A stretch of 62,718 nt of DNA from Novosphingobium sp. (GTDB lineage: Bacteria > Pseudomonadota > Alphaproteobacteria > Sphingomonadales > Sphingomonadaceae), in assembly GCA_029247785.1 (NCBI GenBank), contig JAQWKP010000377.1, positions 1 to 62,718 of the forward strand, read 5' to 3'. The notes below the pieces were generated by a model, which was not told the origin of the DNA, searched no databases, and worked only from the letters and a program-made list of their open reading frames with translations. The position numbers and the translations under genes were made by a program. Below are positions 61,110-62,718 of the stretch, in pieces (within the stretch, counting starts at the first letter, position 1; the number at the start of each line of letters is the position of its first letter).

Positions 61110-61841
61110 ATGGCGCTTGCCGAAGCTCTCGCACCCGTTGTCGACCTTGTGTTTCCGCCGCGCTGTCCGCTGTGCGGGCAAGGTATTTCGGCACAAACTG
61201 GACTATGCGCCTCATGCTGGAGCGATTTGGTTATACCCGGCGAGCCCGCTTGCGAGAGCTGCGGCCGTCCGTTCGGCGACGGTATCCTTGATGGTGCGAT
61301 CTGCGCGCCATGTCTGGCCCATCCGCCGCGTCACGACGGCATAGTTGCTGCAACATTGTATAACGACTCCTCGCGCCGGCTTGTACTCGCGTTCAAGCAC
61401 AGCAATAGGATCGCGCTGGCGCCGATGATGGCGCGCCTCATGACAGCGAAGCTTGATCTGGCCGAAGAGGACTGGGTTGTCATTCCTGTCCCGCTCCATC
61501 GCTGGCGGCTGTGGCGGCGCGGTTTCAACCAGGCCGCGGTTCTCGCAAGGGAAGTTGCGCGTCAGACAGGGTCTACGCTGACCGTCGATGCGCTGCTTCG
61601 CCACAAGTCGACTCCGGTACTCGGCGGATTGGGTGCGAAGGCCAGGACACGGGCGCTGGCAGGGGCGATTGGCATCAATCCTCGCCGATCTGCCAATGTG
61701 CAGGACGCGCGCATTCTCCTCGTCGATGATGTCATGACCAGCGGCGCGACCAGCGACACGTGTATTGCCGCGCTCAAGCGGGCTGGCGCGAGCGAAGTGA
61801 AACTCGTCTGTTTTGCCCGGGTCCTCGATGAGGCGCTTTGA
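61110..61841 (+). CDS. comF: ComF family protein (double Zn-ribbon plus phosphoribosyltransferase)
   Basis: Four CxxC pairs, RGFNQA, LVDDVMTSGAT. Confidence 0.9.
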   Translation: MALAEALAPVVDLVFPPRCPLCGQGISAQTGLCASCWSDLVIPGEPACESCGRPFGDGILDGAICAPCLAHPPRHDGIVAATLYNDSSRRLVLAFKHSNRIALAPMMARLMTAKLDLAEEDWVVIPVPLHRWRLWRRGFNQAAVLAREVARQTGSTLTVDALLRHKSTPVLGGLGAKARTRALAGAIGINPRRSANVQDARILLVDDVMTSGATSDTCIAALKRAGASEVKLVCFARVLDEAL

Positions 61842-61848
61842 AAGCCCC

Positions 61849-62070
61849 AAACGAAAACGCCCGGAGCAATGCTCCGGGCGTCCTCGTGACGAAACTTGAA
61901 GAGCCCTGTACGAAACAGTTAAGCGACGCCCCTGCGGTGGCCTGGCTCAATCCCTCATTTCTTTGACCCGATTCCAACAATCTGGAAACTGGACCCGACC
62001 CTGAACCATGGCGCCTTTAAGCAAGCACTCAACGTTCTGAGTTGCAGCTACGAAACTGCTGCTCGCCTGT
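61849..62070 (-). ncRNA. Candidate structured non-coding RNA, unassigned family
   Basis: Intergenic region with no credible long ORF, several nested stems, three GTTTCGT motifs and its own terminator. Confidence 0.5.
61858..61880. terminator. Rho-independent terminator (U-rich tail on the minus strand, possibly bidirectional)
   Basis: CGCCCGGAGC-AAT-GCTCCGGGCG perfect 10-bp stem, followed on the minus strand by TTTTCGTTT. Confidence 0.8.
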
Positions 62071-62189
62071 TTCCTCTAATTTGAGCATTTGAAAAGGCTA
62101 ATTGCGCGGCTTGATGGATTTTGGTCTACAGCTGTGGTTATCCTGCAACAATTCTCGGCATTTCACCCCATTCAAGGACCATTTGAGCC

Positions 62190-62567
62190 ATGACCAGCTC
62201 CTCAAGGGCCCAACGCGAGCAGGGCACGGCATTTCTGCCTCGCTTCGATTCTCAGGGTCTGCTCACCGCAATCGCGGTCGATTCTGTCTCAAAAGACGTG
62301 CTGATGGTCGCCTTCATGGACGAAGCGGCCCTGGCCAAGACCCGCGAGACTGGCCTGGCCCATTTTCATTCGCGGTCTCGAGGCCGGCTGTGGATGAAGG
62401 GGGAAACCTCTGGCCATTTCCTGCATGTCGAGGAAATCCGCGTCGATTGCGATCAGGATGCGCTGGTTTTGTTGGTGCGGCCCGATGGTCCAGCCTGCCA
62501 CACCGGTGAATCCAGCTGCTTTTATCGAAAGCTTGACGGCGAGGGCCTTGAGAGAATTATCGGTTAA
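62190..62567 (+). CDS. hisI: Phosphoribosyl-AMP cyclohydrolase
   Basis: SRSR..LW.KGETSG, DCDQD, ACHTG..SCF. Confidence 0.96.
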   Translation: MTSSSRAQREQGTAFLPRFDSQGLLTAIAVDSVSKDVLMVAFMDEAALAKTRETGLAHFHSRSRGRLWMKGETSGHFLHVEEIRVDCDQDALVLLVRPDGPACHTGESSCFYRKLDGEGLERIIG

Positions 62568-62609
62568 ACCGACGTCTCAGGCGAGGCCGCAACAGGAGCA
62601 AACAGCACA

Positions 62610-62718
62610 ATGCCGACTTATAAGGCGCCATCCCGCGATGCGAGCTTCGTTATCAACGAAGTGATCGGGCTTGAGCAATATAGCGAATTGCCCGGATTTG
62701 AGAGTGCGAGTGCGGATA
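62610..62718 (+). CDS. Partial acyl-CoA dehydrogenase (N-terminus only)
   Basis: AGGAG RBS; MPTYKAPSRDASFVINEVIGLEQYSELPGFESASAD resembles the N-terminus of long acyl-CoA dehydrogenases. Confidence 0.7.
   Translation, partial: MPTYKAPSRDASFVINEVIGLEQYSELPGFESASAD

Noticed and set aside
61849-62070. Assigning the ncRNA candidate to 6S, tmRNA, RNase P or SRP RNA
   Set aside because: No tag peptide or tRNA-like ends, no GAGGAAAGTCC, no SRP GGAA loop motif, and not in the usual zapA/ygfA 6S context; left unassigned

Overview
GC-rich alphaproteobacterial chromosome segment. The gene order (mreBCD-mrdA-rodA-tRNA-Lys, mutL, ychF, pth, rplY, 2x TraB/GumN, glyQ-glyS-ppdK, methyltransferase/comF, hisI) fits a sphingomonad such as Novosphingobium or an Erythrobacteraceae member (inference). 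Bases 1-32.5 kb are a dense catabolic region running from the 3' end of tRNA-Lys(CTT), with no regulator gene visible. It holds an ALDH, CMD proteins, many SDRs, an acyl-CoA dehydrogenase, a thiolase-like/DUF35 pair, two amidohydrolases, a GMC oxidoreductase, an LLM oxidoreductase, a PON-like lactonase, a CoA-transferase III, esterases and a PQQ dehydrogenase. It is interrupted by a lower-GC GrpB cassette and an orphan tadG-tadE-tadE module. Two accessory blocks sit among the core genes: a sulfatase / 2x TauD / 2x NTF2 block between mutL and ychF, and a translationally coupled five-gene CxxC redox operon (UGSC-like protein, membrane protein, partner protein, NifU-like protein, Tat-signal SDR) between ychF and pth. 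The best leads for new biology are that redox operon, a structured ~220-nt ncRNA candidate between comF and hisI, a 32-bp repeat found twice 48 kb apart, and an SD-sequestering multi-stem leader upstream of the ALDH operon. All calls come from reading motifs by eye; no database searches were run.
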